In this document: in pieces, positions 1 through 8,135 of the stretch
How the letters are laid out: each line of letters begins with the position of its first letter
Position numbering within the stretch: the stretch's first letter is position 1
NCBI GenBank assembly: GCA_021804985.1
Contig: JAJZGD010000002.1
Coordinates: forward strand, 1,492 to 65,491
Reading direction: 5' to 3'
DNA length: 64,000 nucleotides
Source: Planctomycetota bacterium
Lineage (GTDB): Bacteria > Planctomycetota > Phycisphaerae > WQYP01
Notes under the pieces: model-generated
What the model saw: the letters and a program-made list of their open reading frames with translations, nothing else
Told to the model about the DNA's origin: nothing
Database searches by the model: none
Program-made: the position numbers and the translations under genes

Positions 1-1880
1 ACACGCGGATTTTCTGGTCCGGTCTTCTCATCCAGGAATCGCCTGGCTTCGGCGCTTAGCTTGCCGGAATCCGATGCGGCGCTCGGTGCCATGATGGCGT
101 AATGGAACAGCCCATCGTCTTCAATATCCCGCGGCTTGGCGGGCAGCATATGCACGCGTACGCCCGCTGCGGATGCTCCGCCGGCCAACCCACGCACACG
201 GGGAAGTTCCTCTACCAGCCTCGCCCTGATCACCTCCGGCGAGAACTGCGCTGCGGCCGCTGCCTGCATCTGCGTCAAATTGGGCCGGTTTCCCAGCCGC
301 CATTGATCTGGTAATTGGTCGCCCCTCTCCGGCACATTGACGTCATCTAACCAGTAGCTGCTGTGCGCCCAGCGAACCAGTGCTTTTTCCAACTCAATTC
401 TGTCCGGCCGGCATGGACCAATCAGCAGCATCAGATCACGTGCCTTCGCGCTGCGGCCTGTTGGCTGCGAATGCAGGAATGTCGCCATCACGGCCTGTCG
501 GATTTCCCGCAGTTTCAGGCCGACCGATTCGTCTTCGACCTGCCGGGCACAATTAAGCTCGGCCTCAAGGATGCCGGTCCAGCGGTTCGCCTGGCCGTCG
601 ACCACGATGGTGTCTGCAATGGCTACTAATTCACGTGCCGCTTCAGATAGCCCCAGCAATCCGGTGGCGTTGAGGAAAACCGCCGGGCCAATCAAGGGAC
701 TTTCATCCCATTTTTCAGCTTCGCGCAGCGCCAGCGCAAAGGTTCGCAAAACGCCGCGCGTCTTCTGAAACCGCTCAATCCCCGCCGCCCACTTGGAGTA
801 GAACACATCCGTCAACTCAGGGTGAAACGGATAGCTTTGAAGATAGCGATCTTCCTCAGCGGCGCTGGCCTTTGCGGTTTGCTCATCCAGGCCGGATATC
901 CCCTTAAGTGCGGCAATCACATGCTGCCGCCACGCCTGGCGGTCTTGCAGTGACGATGTATCCAGCAGCCGGCGGCGAAGCACCTCGGCCACGTCGCCTT
1001 TTTCGACCGGCTGCACCGCCTCTTCCCGCTGACGCTGAAAGATGTCATAAAGTTCGGAAACAATTCGCTTGCCCAATTCGTCCGCCTGATCTTTTGGCTC
1101 GCTCGATAGCAGCGATGCCACGATACAGCATCTGGGTACCTTGGTGGCAGCCTGCGTCAGATACTGGAAAAATGAGCTAAGCAAATCCAAACAGCCGGGA
1201 TCGGAGCGCACCTTCACTTTGGCATACAGCAGCACCTCATCCACCAGCACCAACGTGGAAAGCTTGTCCATCGCCGGTAGTGCCAGCAGGCCTGTCAATG
1301 TTGGCTCGGCCGGCGGCGTGCGCCTTTCCTCGGGCCGGCCTTCTGGATGCAGCAACTGCAAACCGGCATCGCCGGCGATCTGAAATGCCAGGATGCTCCA
1401 TGGATATTTGAGCCGCCTTATTTTTCCATCGGGCGAACGTACCTCGCAGCCGCTTTCCACATCCACTTTATCAAAGCAAAGTGCGGCAACCCGTGCCCTC
1501 GGAGGCGTCAGACCAATCGTTTGTTCAAATTCCTGCACCGCCGGCACGTCGGGAAGTGTGGCCGGATCATTTACAAGATGACGCAGAGTGATGAGTGTGT
1601 GGGTCTTGCCGCCGCCGTAAGTTAGTTCAAGTTGGCGCACGGCTTTGTCATTTTGGCCGGCCAGTCGCAGCACCACATCGCGGGCAAAGTTGCGCAGGTT
1701 ATGGGTCGGATACGTCAGGGCAAAGAAGCTTACCGGGTCTTCGTAGATCGGCAGTTTGCCGCCCTGCATCATGACTTCATAAAGATCGGCTGCGAATAGA
1801 TGCAGCGGCAGCTCGCCGGACTGCAAGTCTTTCCGCAGCTTCACCACTTCATGCCAGGGTTTCCAATGTAACTTAGCCAT
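1..1880 (-). CDS. DUF499-family ATPase (defence-associated), partial; 3' end lies before window start
   Basis: I translated the minus strand by hand from the ATG at 1880: MAKLHWKPWHEVVKLRKDLQSGELPLHLFAADLYEVMMQGGKLPIYEDPVSFFALTYPTHNLRNFARDVVLRLAGQNDKAVRQLELTYGGGKTHTLITLRHLV. The KPW..V, FAADL and Y.DP..FF..TY motifs plus the GGGKTH P-loop are typical of DUF499. An RBS AAGGAAAG lies 6 nt upstream. It is absent from the ORF track because it runs off the edge, and no long plus-strand ORF competes. Confidence 0.75.
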   Translation of the reverse strand, partial: MAKLHWKPWHEVVKLRKDLQSGELPLHLFAADLYEVMMQGGKLPIYEDPVSFFALTYPTHNLRNFARDVVLRLAGQNDKAVRQLELTYGGGKTHTLITLRHLVNDPATLPDVPAVQEFEQTIGLTPPRARVAALCFDKVDVESGCEVRSPDGKIRRLKYPWSILAFQIAGDAGLQLLHPEGRPEERRTPPAEPTLTGLLALPAMDKLSTLVLVDEVLLYAKVKVRSDPGCLDLLSSFFQYLTQAATKVPRCCIVASLLSSEPKDQADELGKRIVSELYDIFQRQREEAVQPVEKGDVAEVLRRRLLDTSSLQDRQAWRQHVIAALKGISGLDEQTAKASAAEEDRYLQSYPFHPELTDVFYSKWAAGIERFQKTRGVLRTFALALREAEKWDESPLIGPAVFLNATGLLGLSEAARELVAIADTIVVDGQANRWTGILEAELNCARQVEDESVGLKLREIRQAVMATFLHSQPTGRSAKARDLMLLIGPCRPDRIELEKALVRWAHSSYWLDDVNVPERGDQLPDQWRLGNRPNLTQMQAAAAAQFSPEVIRARLVEELPRVRGLAGGASAAGVRVHMLPAKPRDIEDDGLFHYAIMAPSAASDSGKLSAEARRFLDEKTGPENPR

Positions 1881-2021
1881 GCTTCTTTCCTTTCACTGCC
1901 GCCCGTGACTCAAGGGCGTGCCGGGTCACGACGATCTCCTGTCGTAGTGCCTCCGGGTCAGGCAGTTCCGTCAGATACCTGGACGCGGACACCTGGGCCC
2001 GGATGGCCCCCATTGCGTACC

Positions 2022-2213
2022 TCACGACGGCGTCTGCGCAATTTCGAATTCTTCCGTTACCGTCGGAACAAACGCCGTTGCGGATTCGCTCGACAGCGCC
2101 GCCCCGCGCGTTGCCTGCTCAAGCGATCGGGAAACGTCCGAAACGGGCCGGTCATACTCACCCGCTGCCCGAGGTGTCCGCGCCGAGCTTGTCACGGTGC
2201 GTTTATGGCTCAT
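2022..2213 (-). CDS. small hypothetical protein (63 aa), start overlaps methylase stop
   Basis: ORF track entry; its ATG overlaps the stop of the DUF1156 gene, and it sits between the methylase and the DUF499 gene. I recognise no domain; a plus-strand ORF overlaps it. Confidence 0.3.
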   Translation of the reverse strand: MSHKRTVTSSARTPRAAGEYDRPVSDVSRSLEQATRGAALSSESATAFVPTVTEEFEIAQTPS

Positions 2214-5200
2214 GTTCCATCCTTGGCAAATCCCATTTTCATTTGATCGGCGTCGGCCCGCGTTCCCCTTGCCCCGACATGGTTGCTCATGCTTTCCAGA
2301 ATGGATCGCTCGCTATTCGTGGACAACTCGATCAGCGATTGCACCACGCGCTTAAAAAGCTCATTCTTACGCAAGGCCGACGCATCCAAATACTCATCCA
2401 CCTTATGCACGTCCCCCTGCTTCCACAGGTGCATCAGCCGATGGATGCGGTCGATCAGTGGAATCGCCTTACCACCCGGTGCCTCGTAGCCCATGCTTTT
2501 TCCGTGCCGCTGGCTCCAGGCCTTAAGTTTAATTTTCTGGCCTGGGGAGCCGGACTCCACTTCTTCCTCTTGGTCGGGCTCGGCGTCTTCTGCTTCCGCT
2601 CCGTTACCGTCGCGGCTCGGACCGTCTTGCTCGCTGCCGCGTCTGGCCAGCACGTTCCATGTTTTCTCTAACTCGGTATCCGAGAGTCCGCAGGCGGTGG
2701 CGTAAAGAATGCACGCGCCGACGGGTGCGTCTTCCAAGCCAAAATCATTGCGGTGCAGCAAGTAGTATGAGGTTACATCGTCCAAGCGGTCCGTGGGAAT
2801 TTCCGCTCCCTGACGGTCGCGGCTCGGACGGGATTCGCCCACCGCGCTACGCGTAGCATCCGATCCGGGTGTAATATCCTCCCCGCCGCCGGTCTCCGCG
2901 CCCCCGCCGATTCCCGCGCCGCGACCAATATCCGCACCAAAACCAATATCCGCACCAAAACTAATATCCGAGCCGCGACCGTCAGGGAGCGGTACACTCA
3001 ACACCCGCCCGACGACGAAGTCCACCACCATCCGCCGAACGTGCGTGAGAAATTCACCAACGGACATGGTGGCGTTGGGCTGGTCTGCCTTGCGCACTAC
3101 CGGATGCTTGCTGTATGCCTCAAGCGCCGGCCCCGTGGCAGCCCAGACAAAATCGGGCCCGCGAATACCGGCATCCCAGAAATCGCGCAGCTTGGTCGCG
3201 ACGTTGCTTCGCATTTCTTCCAATACCGCGTTATCCCAGCCGGGCCGGGCGTTTGCCGGGCGCTTCCGCGCAACCAGCCAAACCGATGATGCGAGCGCGG
3301 CCGAAGTCTTGGCCCGCATTCTCGTGGCCATTTCGGTTTGGATTGGCCAGCTTCCAACGGCCACAAATCCGGCGCGAATGATCGCGGACACGAGTGTCTC
3401 CCAAGCGTCCGGCTGCTTATTAGCGAACACAACGACCAGCCGGCCATGGACCGTTAAGGCCTCAGCGCACCGCGAGAAGGCGGTCGCCATCCCATCCTCG
3501 TACGCCTGCTTGCTCTTAGCCCCGTCGTTGCCGTGGCGGCTGGAATCGTCAATTAGCTCACCATCGTTCTCGTCGTGGTTCCATTTCGGCGCAACGGTTG
3601 ATGCGAAGGCGCGGTCGGCGGTTGGGGCGAGCCCGCGAAGCGTCCGCCGCAACCAAATGTAGAAGAAATCCATCAGGTCGGAGTACGGAATCGCGTCATA
3701 GTAGGGCGGATCGGTGACAATAACGTCCAGCACGCTCATCCGAATCTGGGTGGAGGAGAGCGTGACAACATCGGGCGCCTCGGCCCCATTCCCAGCCAAC
3801 AGGCCGTGATCCACATAGCGAGCCAGCCAGTCAAGCTGCGCCGAGAACGCTCCCCCGACATCGCCCGTGGCGGGGATTTCGGAGAAATCCCACGTTATTG
3901 GTAGAGCGAAGCGCGTGAATGTGTGCCCAATCAGTTCCCGCGAAAGGTGCCACACGCAAATCGTCGAGTTGTAATCAGCCAGCTTATCCACCCCGGATGC
4001 CAAATAGGCCCCGACCGCCTCCATCCACTCCGGTGGGTAGCTGGCGGCAGCCATTGCCTGCCGCGCCGCCCGTGTCGCTGAAACGAACCTTCCCAACGCC
4101 GTCAGTTGACGGGGAGTGAAAAGGTCACGCCAGCGCATCAGGCCGTATCCCTGAACACTGAAGGCCCTGCCGGCACCGGACCCGCCACCTTTCGGCGTCG
4201 GCTCTTCCGGCACACCGAACGGCACATCCTTGAAGGCGGCTTGGATTTGCTCCTCGCTGATCGCAGCGACGGCCAGTTCATGCCCGGTTGGCAGCCGATA
4301 TTCTTTACCGTTTTGTCCATCCACCACCACCGCCGTCATGACACTGCCCACCCGCCCGGCTTTGCCCTCTAGGCGAATGTCTTCCATCGTATTAACTGCC
4401 CCGCAGCACGGGCATGTTGCGCCGGACCGGCTCATGGTGCCGGCACCGATGCGTTTGTCATGTTCGCGCTTTTGCGCAGCATTACCACCTTGCACTGGAA
4501 CATCGGTTTGGACACCGAAGGCAATTATTTTTGTCGCCGCGACCGGGATAAGCGCTCCGTTACCGTCGCGGCTCGGACGGGATTCGCCCACCGCGCTGCG
4601 CGTAGCATCCGATCCGGGTGTAATATCCTCCGCGCCGCCAATTCCCGCGCCGCCGATTCCCGCACCAAAACCAATATCCGATTTGCGCCCAATTCCCGCG
4701 CCGCGACCAATATCCGCACGAAAACCAATATCCGATTTGCGCCCAATTCCCGTGCCGCGACCAATATCCGCACGAAAACCAATATCCGAGCCGCGACCAA
4801 TATCCGCACGAAAACCAATATCCGAGCCGCGACCGTCAGGGAGCGGTATAAGCGGCGCAACTCCCGCCCCATCCTTCACCCGCGGAAGTTCCGCCCCCTG
4901 CCGCTCGTTAACGTACACACACGCCCCCTGCACCGCATCCATGTCCCATAAATAACGTGTGCTGCCGTGCCGAGTCCACGCCCGCGTTTCGGCGGGAAAA
5001 GCTCCTGCCTCAACCATACGGCGCGTCGCATAAGATTTCAGGTCGTTCATCACTCGCTCTGGCGGTACTGGGGCCGCCACCACGATGTGTACGTGATTTG
5101 TACGGACATGCGCCGCGTGCAGCGTCCATCCGCGATACTGGCAAACCTCGAGGATGGTTCGTTCAATAACTTCGCGCTGTGGGGCGTCGAAACTCACGGG

Positions 5201-6724
5201 GGTGTGTTTGAGGCGTTGAAATTCCGCCTGCTCTCTTAACCCGTCATCATCAAGAACCGCCGTTCCAGGAGTGTTGTGGCCACGGTCAACCGACCCGGCG
5301 GCCTTTCCGTGCAGCCAAGTTCCGTAAGCGGTAAATGTGATCATATACGCCGCTGGTTGGTGCGGTGGATTGTCCGCTCCCTGACGGTCGCGGCTCGGAT
5401 TTGAGTCGATGCCGGAGTTTACGAGTTGCAGCGTTAGAAGCACGCGTTTGCGATCCTTTTTGCACAGCCAGCGTGTCTTCAACAAAGGCAACTGTGCGCG
5501 GCAGTTTTTGCATTTCACCGTGCGTGCCCATAGGTAAGCTACCGTAGGCTTTGCCACCCAGCGGATATTGCGCTTGTCCGCAAGATAATCCTTGGAGAAA
5601 TCCGCATTCAACGCATTGGTATTTGGTGTTCCATCATCATTCAATGGCACCAGCCGCAGGTTATCTTCAACCGCTCCGTTACCGTCGCGGCTCGGACGGG
5701 ATTCGCCCACCGCGCTGCGCGTAGCATCCGATCCGGGTGTAATATCCTCCCCGCTGCCAATTCCCGCGCCGCCGATTCCCGCACCAAAACCAATATCCGA
5801 TTTGCGCCCAAAAACCGTATCGCGTCCAATTCCCGCGCTGCGACCAATCTCCGCACCAAAACCAATATCCGAGCCGCGCCCAATATCCGAGCCGCGACCG
5901 TCAGGGAGCGGTCGTCCCCCCCGTTTCACCCGCGCCTCGCATTCGGCATACGTTGGATACAACTCCGCCAGTTCTTTTCGTGCCCGCGCCAGCACCCATT
6001 GCCCCCATGCCCGCACGTGCCACGCGAGGTCGGCGTCCGGTGCATGGGTGGCCTGGCTGGCAGCGAACAGCGTCCCCTTCTGCCTTATGGTCGCCTTGCC
6101 TTGGCCTTCAGCGCCCGGATTGGCCTTGTAAAAGGCCTCCATGAATTCTTCGTTTTCCAGAATGAACGTCGGCAGCGGCCGAGTCTTGCCCGCGAACTGT
6201 TGCGGGTATTCCAACGTGCATTTAAGAATGAACCACGCCACTGGATTAATATCATCTGCCGTCGCTTCACATCCCAGCCGCATGGCTTCCAGCGGAATCG
6301 CTCCGCCACCGGCGAAGGGGTCCAGCACCTTGGGCGCTCTTCCACCGTAGGCCTTCTTAATTTCCTGACGGAACCATTCCAAATCGGCCGCATTTTCGGT
6401 TTCTCGGCCCCAATGCAAAATGCCGCCTTCGGTTTCTTCTTTCACCCGTTCCACGGTCTGCCCATTGGGCATTTTTTTGCGTTCGATTCGCTTGACGACC
6501 TTGCCGGCGATTTTCTCGCACAGCTCTTTGCGTTTCTCCGGCGTGCCGGGATCGGGCAAAAGCGTGGCGATCAGCGCCGCCCGGCACGCCGCCAGCGGCC
6601 GCCGCGCCGGCCAGATATGCAACGTGGAAATATGCCCATGCCGGACATTCTTTTCGTGAACAGAATCCAGCGAAGTCTGTTTCAGTGGAAAAGCGTGTTC
6701 AATAAGTCTGGGAAAGTCAGTCAT
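2210..6724 (-). CDS. DUF1156-family N6-adenine DNA methyltransferase carrying in-frame inserted elements
   Basis: N-terminus MTDFPRLIEHAFPLKQTSLDSVHEKNVRHG.ISTLHIWPARRPLAA is the DUF1156 signature. The DPPY motif (..VIVTDPPYYDAIPYSDL..) and a Cys-rich segment (KCKNCRAQ, CPCCG) are present. The RBS AAGGAGGAAG precedes the ATG at 6724. The track ORF reaches 7210, but residues 1-162 are the upstream repeat element read in another frame. Confidence 0.8.
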   Translation of the reverse strand: MTDFPRLIEHAFPLKQTSLDSVHEKNVRHGHISTLHIWPARRPLAACRAALIATLLPDPGTPEKRKELCEKIAGKVVKRIERKKMPNGQTVERVKEETEGGILHWGRETENAADLEWFRQEIKKAYGGRAPKVLDPFAGGGAIPLEAMRLGCEATADDINPVAWFILKCTLEYPQQFAGKTRPLPTFILENEEFMEAFYKANPGAEGQGKATIRQKGTLFAASQATHAPDADLAWHVRAWGQWVLARARKELAELYPTYAECEARVKRGGRPLPDGRGSDIGRGSDIGFGAEIGRSAGIGRDTVFGRKSDIGFGAGIGGAGIGSGEDITPGSDATRSAVGESRPSRDGNGAVEDNLRLVPLNDDGTPNTNALNADFSKDYLADKRNIRWVAKPTVAYLWARTVKCKNCRAQLPLLKTRWLCKKDRKRVLLTLQLVNSGIDSNPSRDRQGADNPPHQPAAYMITFTAYGTWLHGKAAGSVDRGHNTPGTAVLDDDGLREQAEFQRLKHTPVSFDAPQREVIERTILEVCQYRGWTLHAAHVRTNHVHIVVAAPVPPERVMNDLKSYATRRMVEAGAFPAETRAWTRHGSTRYLWDMDAVQGACVYVNERQGAELPRVKDGAGVAPLIPLPDGRGSDIGFRADIGRGSDIGFRADIGRGTGIGRKSDIGFRADIGRGAGIGRKSDIGFGAGIGGAGIGGAEDITPGSDATRSAVGESRPSRDGNGALIPVAATKIIAFGVQTDVPVQGGNAAQKREHDKRIGAGTMSRSGATCPCCGAVNTMEDIRLEGKAGRVGSVMTAVVVDGQNGKEYRLPTGHELAVAAISEEQIQAAFKDVPFGVPEEPTPKGGGSGAGRAFSVQGYGLMRWRDLFTPRQLTALGRFVSATRAARQAMAAASYPPEWMEAVGAYLASGVDKLADYNSTICVWHLSRELIGHTFTRFALPITWDFSEIPATGDVGGAFSAQLDWLARYVDHGLLAGNGAEAPDVVTLSSTQIRMSVLDVIVTDPPYYDAIPYSDLMDFFYIWLRRTLRGLAPTADRAFASTVAPKWNHDENDGELIDDSSRHGNDGAKSKQAYEDGMATAFSRCAEALTVHGRLVVVFANKQPDAWETLVSAIIRAGFVAVGSWPIQTEMATRMRAKTSAALASSVWLVARKRPANARPGWDNAVLEEMRSNVATKLRDFWDAGIRGPDFVWAATGPALEAYSKHPVVRKADQPNATMSVGEFLTHVRRMVVDFVVGRVLSVPLPDGRGSDISFGADIGFGADIGRGAGIGGGAETGGGEDITPGSDATRSAVGESRPSRDRQGAEIPTDRLDDVTSYYLLHRNDFGLEDAPVGACILYATACGLSDTELEKTWNVLARRGSEQDGPSRDGNGAEAEDAEPDQEEEVESGSPGQKIKLKAWSQRHGKSMGYEAPGGKAIPLIDRIHRLMHLWKQGDVHKVDEYLDASALRKNELFKRVVQSLIELSTNSERSILESMSNHVGARGTRADADQMKMGFAKDGT
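2596..2620. repeat. solo 25-bp terminal motif (CCGCTCCGTTACCGTCGCGGCTCGG) of the repeat-element family, inside the methylase CDS
   Basis: Exact match to the left terminal inverted repeat of the elements. It is translated in frame as ..DGPSRDGNGA.. Confidence 0.7.
2803..2992. mobile_element. repeat element copy 3 (MITE/RPE-like), in frame in the methylase CDS
   Basis: Left TIR CCGCTCCCTGACGGTCGCGGCTCGG at 2803-2827 is the perfect reverse complement of the right TIR CCGAGCCGCGACCGTCAGGGAGCGG at 2968-2992. The interior holds a conserved ~55-bp module plus 18-bp tandem units (ACCAATATCCGC-N6). It encodes PLPDGRGSDISFGADIGFGADIGRGAGIG..GEDITPGSDATRSAVGESRPSRDRQGA. Confidence 0.75.
4549..4843. mobile_element. 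repeat element copy 2 (MITE/RPE-like), in frame in the methylase CDS, abutting the HuH transposase-like segment
   Basis: Left TIR at 4549-4574 and right TIR at 4819-4843 flank about 14 units of the 18-bp tandem repeat (54-bp and 36-bp higher-order units). The encoded peptide is PLPDGRGSDIGFRADIGRGSDIGFRADIG.. Confidence 0.8.
4819..5398 (-). mobile_element. IS-like unit: 25-bp perfect inverted repeats flanking an IS200-like HuH (Y1) transposase domain, embedded in frame in the methylase ORF
   Basis: The 25-mer at 4819-4843 is the exact reverse complement of the 25-mer at 5374-5398. Between them, minus-strand codons give YMITFTAYGTWLHGKAAGSVDRGHN..RGWTLHAAHVRTNHVHIVVAAPVPPERVMNDLKSYATRRM, with the HuH motif (HVHIVV) and the downstream catalytic Tyr context typical of IS200-like Y1 transposases. 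There is no stop and no strong independent RBS. Confidence 0.6.
5671..5911. mobile_element. repeat element copy 1 (MITE/RPE-like), in frame in the methylase CDS
   Basis: Left TIR at 5671-5695, right TIR at 5887-5911, with internal 18-bp repeats. It encodes RPLPDGRGSDIGRGSDIGFGAEIG..SRPSRDGNGA, inserted after ..ECEARVKRGG of the methylase. Confidence 0.8.
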
Positions 6725-6748
6725 GCGCTTCCTCCTTAGGCAATTCAA

Positions 6749-7082
6749 CCGCTCCGTTACCGTCGCGGCTCGGACGGGATTCGCCCACTGCGCCGAGCCC
6801 ATCATCCGATTTGTGTTCGATATCCCCACCGCGTGCGATACCATCCCGGCGCCCGATTCCCGCACCATAACCAATATCCGCACCGCGACCAATATCCGCC
6901 CCAAAACCAATATCCGATTTGCGCCCAAAAACCGTATCGCGTCCAATTCCCGCGCTGCGACCAATATCCGCCCCAAAACCAATATCCGAGCCGCGACCAA
7001 TATCCGCACCAAAACCAATATCCGAGCCGCGACCGTCAGGGAGCGGTATAAGCGGCGCAACTCCCACCCCGAAGCCCACCCG
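6749..7082. mobile_element. repeat element copy immediately upstream of the methylase start, plus a ~35-bp remnant of the transposase 3' end
   Basis: Left TIR at 6749-6773 lies 24 bp upstream of the methylase ATG, just beyond the RBS. The right TIR is at 7022-7046. The sequence 7047-7082 (TATAAGCGGCGCAACTCCC..CCCACCCGCGC) resembles the junction between the transposase domain and element copy 2 at 4844-4880. Confidence 0.75.
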
Positions 7083-7232
7083 CGCATGATGGCACGCCGC
7101 CAGCGGGCGCCGCGCCGGCCAGATATGCAATGTGGAAATAGGCCCATGCCGGACATTCTTTTCGTGCACGGAATCCAGCAAGGTCTGTTTCGGTGGAAAC
7201 GCGTGCTCAATAAGTCTGGGAAAGTCAGTCAT
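7083..7232 (-). pseudogene. duplicated 5' end (codons 1-~50) of the DUF1156 methylase gene, fused to the upstream element; retains the ancestral ATGA overlap with the Abi-like gene
   Basis: 7090-7232 aligns with 6590-6724 with only scattered mismatches. It encodes MTDFPRLIEHAFPPKQTLLDSVHEKNVRHGPISTLHIWPARRPLAAC, then runs into the element (HHARVGFGVGVAPLIPLPDG..), and stops just before the true ATG. ORF track entry 6717..7232. Confidence 0.7.
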
Positions 7233-8065
7233 AATCCCTTCATTTGCTTCAATGTTCGAAGCAGCATATCACCGACGATGCCCATCACTTGCGTCGCATG
7301 CCGAGCCTCCTCGGTGGTAATGGACGGAAGCCAAGGATGGCCGTGGCCAGTGCCCTGCTTATTTCGCAGCATGTTCACAGCGCAAGCGGCGTCGTATAAC
7401 GCTCGCTGTAACCTATGTTGCGGCGGGTCACCGGTCGCTGCCGTATCGGCCGAGGTCTTGAGACCAAGTGCAACGAACGCCTGACCAAGCAGTGTCGGAA
7501 AATCGTGCGGCGGGCCGCTTTTGTTATATACCTCCAGAAGCACATGTGCCGCGACTGCCTCCAGCAAGTCCTTCCCCGTACCTACGACGAGTGCCGCATC
7601 ATCCGATCCCCTTTGGGCGCGGCGCACATACGCAGCGAGAGCCTCGGTAAGCTCTGTCCCCGAGAGCGAGTCCAAGGCAGCAGTTTGAATTTCCCCGTCA
7701 GACGTCAGCGCGAACCCTTCGGCCGCCATCGCTTCGCGGAGGCCCTTGACGGCTTCTGCCCCGACGAAATTCGGCGAGTCAGGCCGGAACCCCCCGCATG
7801 AGCGGATATGGGTGACTAGTTGGCCGACAAAGCAACGACCGTTCTCAAACGAGTTCTCAATCGCCCACATCAGTACCGCGCGGACACGCTTGGTTTTGCC
7901 GACTGTCTGGCCCTGGGACTTTGGATCACCGCCGCTTAGGTGGGACTGCGCGATACAGAAGTCAATATCGGAATGGCTCGGATCACGGCGCTCGGACTGC
8001 GCGTCACCCACCATCCGTGCGAGCGCAAAGGCGATTGAATCGGTAAGCGGAGGCTTGTGACTCAT
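7229..8065 (-). CDS. Abi_C / HEPN-like abortive-infection family protein
   Basis: Track ORF 7229..8104. The likely start is the ATG at 8065 (MSHKPPL..) with a GGAGA RBS 7 nt upstream. The C-terminal region RALYDAACAVNMLRNKQGTGHGHPW contains an R-x6-H HEPN-type motif resembling the Abi C-terminal domain. The stop overlaps the ATG at 7232 (ATGA). Confidence 0.5.
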   Translation of the reverse strand: MSHKPPLTDSIAFALARMVGDAQSERRDPSHSDIDFCIAQSHLSGGDPKSQGQTVGKTKRVRAVLMWAIENSFENGRCFVGQLVTHIRSCGGFRPDSPNFVGAEAVKGLREAMAAEGFALTSDGEIQTAALDSLSGTELTEALAAYVRRAQRGSDDAALVVGTGKDLLEAVAAHVLLEVYNKSGPPHDFPTLLGQAFVALGLKTSADTAATGDPPQHRLQRALYDAACAVNMLRNKQGTGHGHPWLPSITTEEARHATQVMGIVGDMLLRTLKQMKGL

Positions 8066-8135
8066 CGCGGTGTCTCCGCGCGGTCCCAATGCCACGACGG
8101 CCATGAACGCTCATATTTCATGGGACCAAAATACT

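Noticed and set aside
4553-5914. In-frame insertions might be inteins
   Set aside because: No intein splice-junction residues (no N-terminal Cys/Ser and no C-terminal His-Asn followed by Cys/Ser/Thr), no Hint or homing-endonuclease blocks. The inserted peptides are low-complexity GSDIG repeats.
2803-7046. The 18-bp tandem repeat arrays might be CRISPR arrays
   Set aside because: The period is 18 bp with no unique spacers between repeats. There are no cas genes. The arrays sit inside an open reading frame and are bounded by inverted repeats. They are minisatellite-like internal repeats of a mobile element.
6725-7210. The first 162 codons of the 1666-aa track ORF (MSTRFHRNRPCW..ARILVLVRILV..) as the genuine methylase N-terminus
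   Set aside because: This stretch is the upstream element copy and the duplicated 5' fragment read in a non-native frame. The DUF1156 signature start MTDFPRLIEHAFP, with a strong RBS, begins at 6724.
2003-7484. Plus-strand ORFs at 2003..2671, 3045..3662, 4230..4955, 4460..4951, 5592..6131, 5999..6739, 6723..7484 (PIPAP.. and NIRTKTNIR.. repeat peptides)
   Set aside because: These are antisense to the methylase gene. Their repeats are simply alternative-frame or opposite-strand readings of the same 18-bp DNA repeats.
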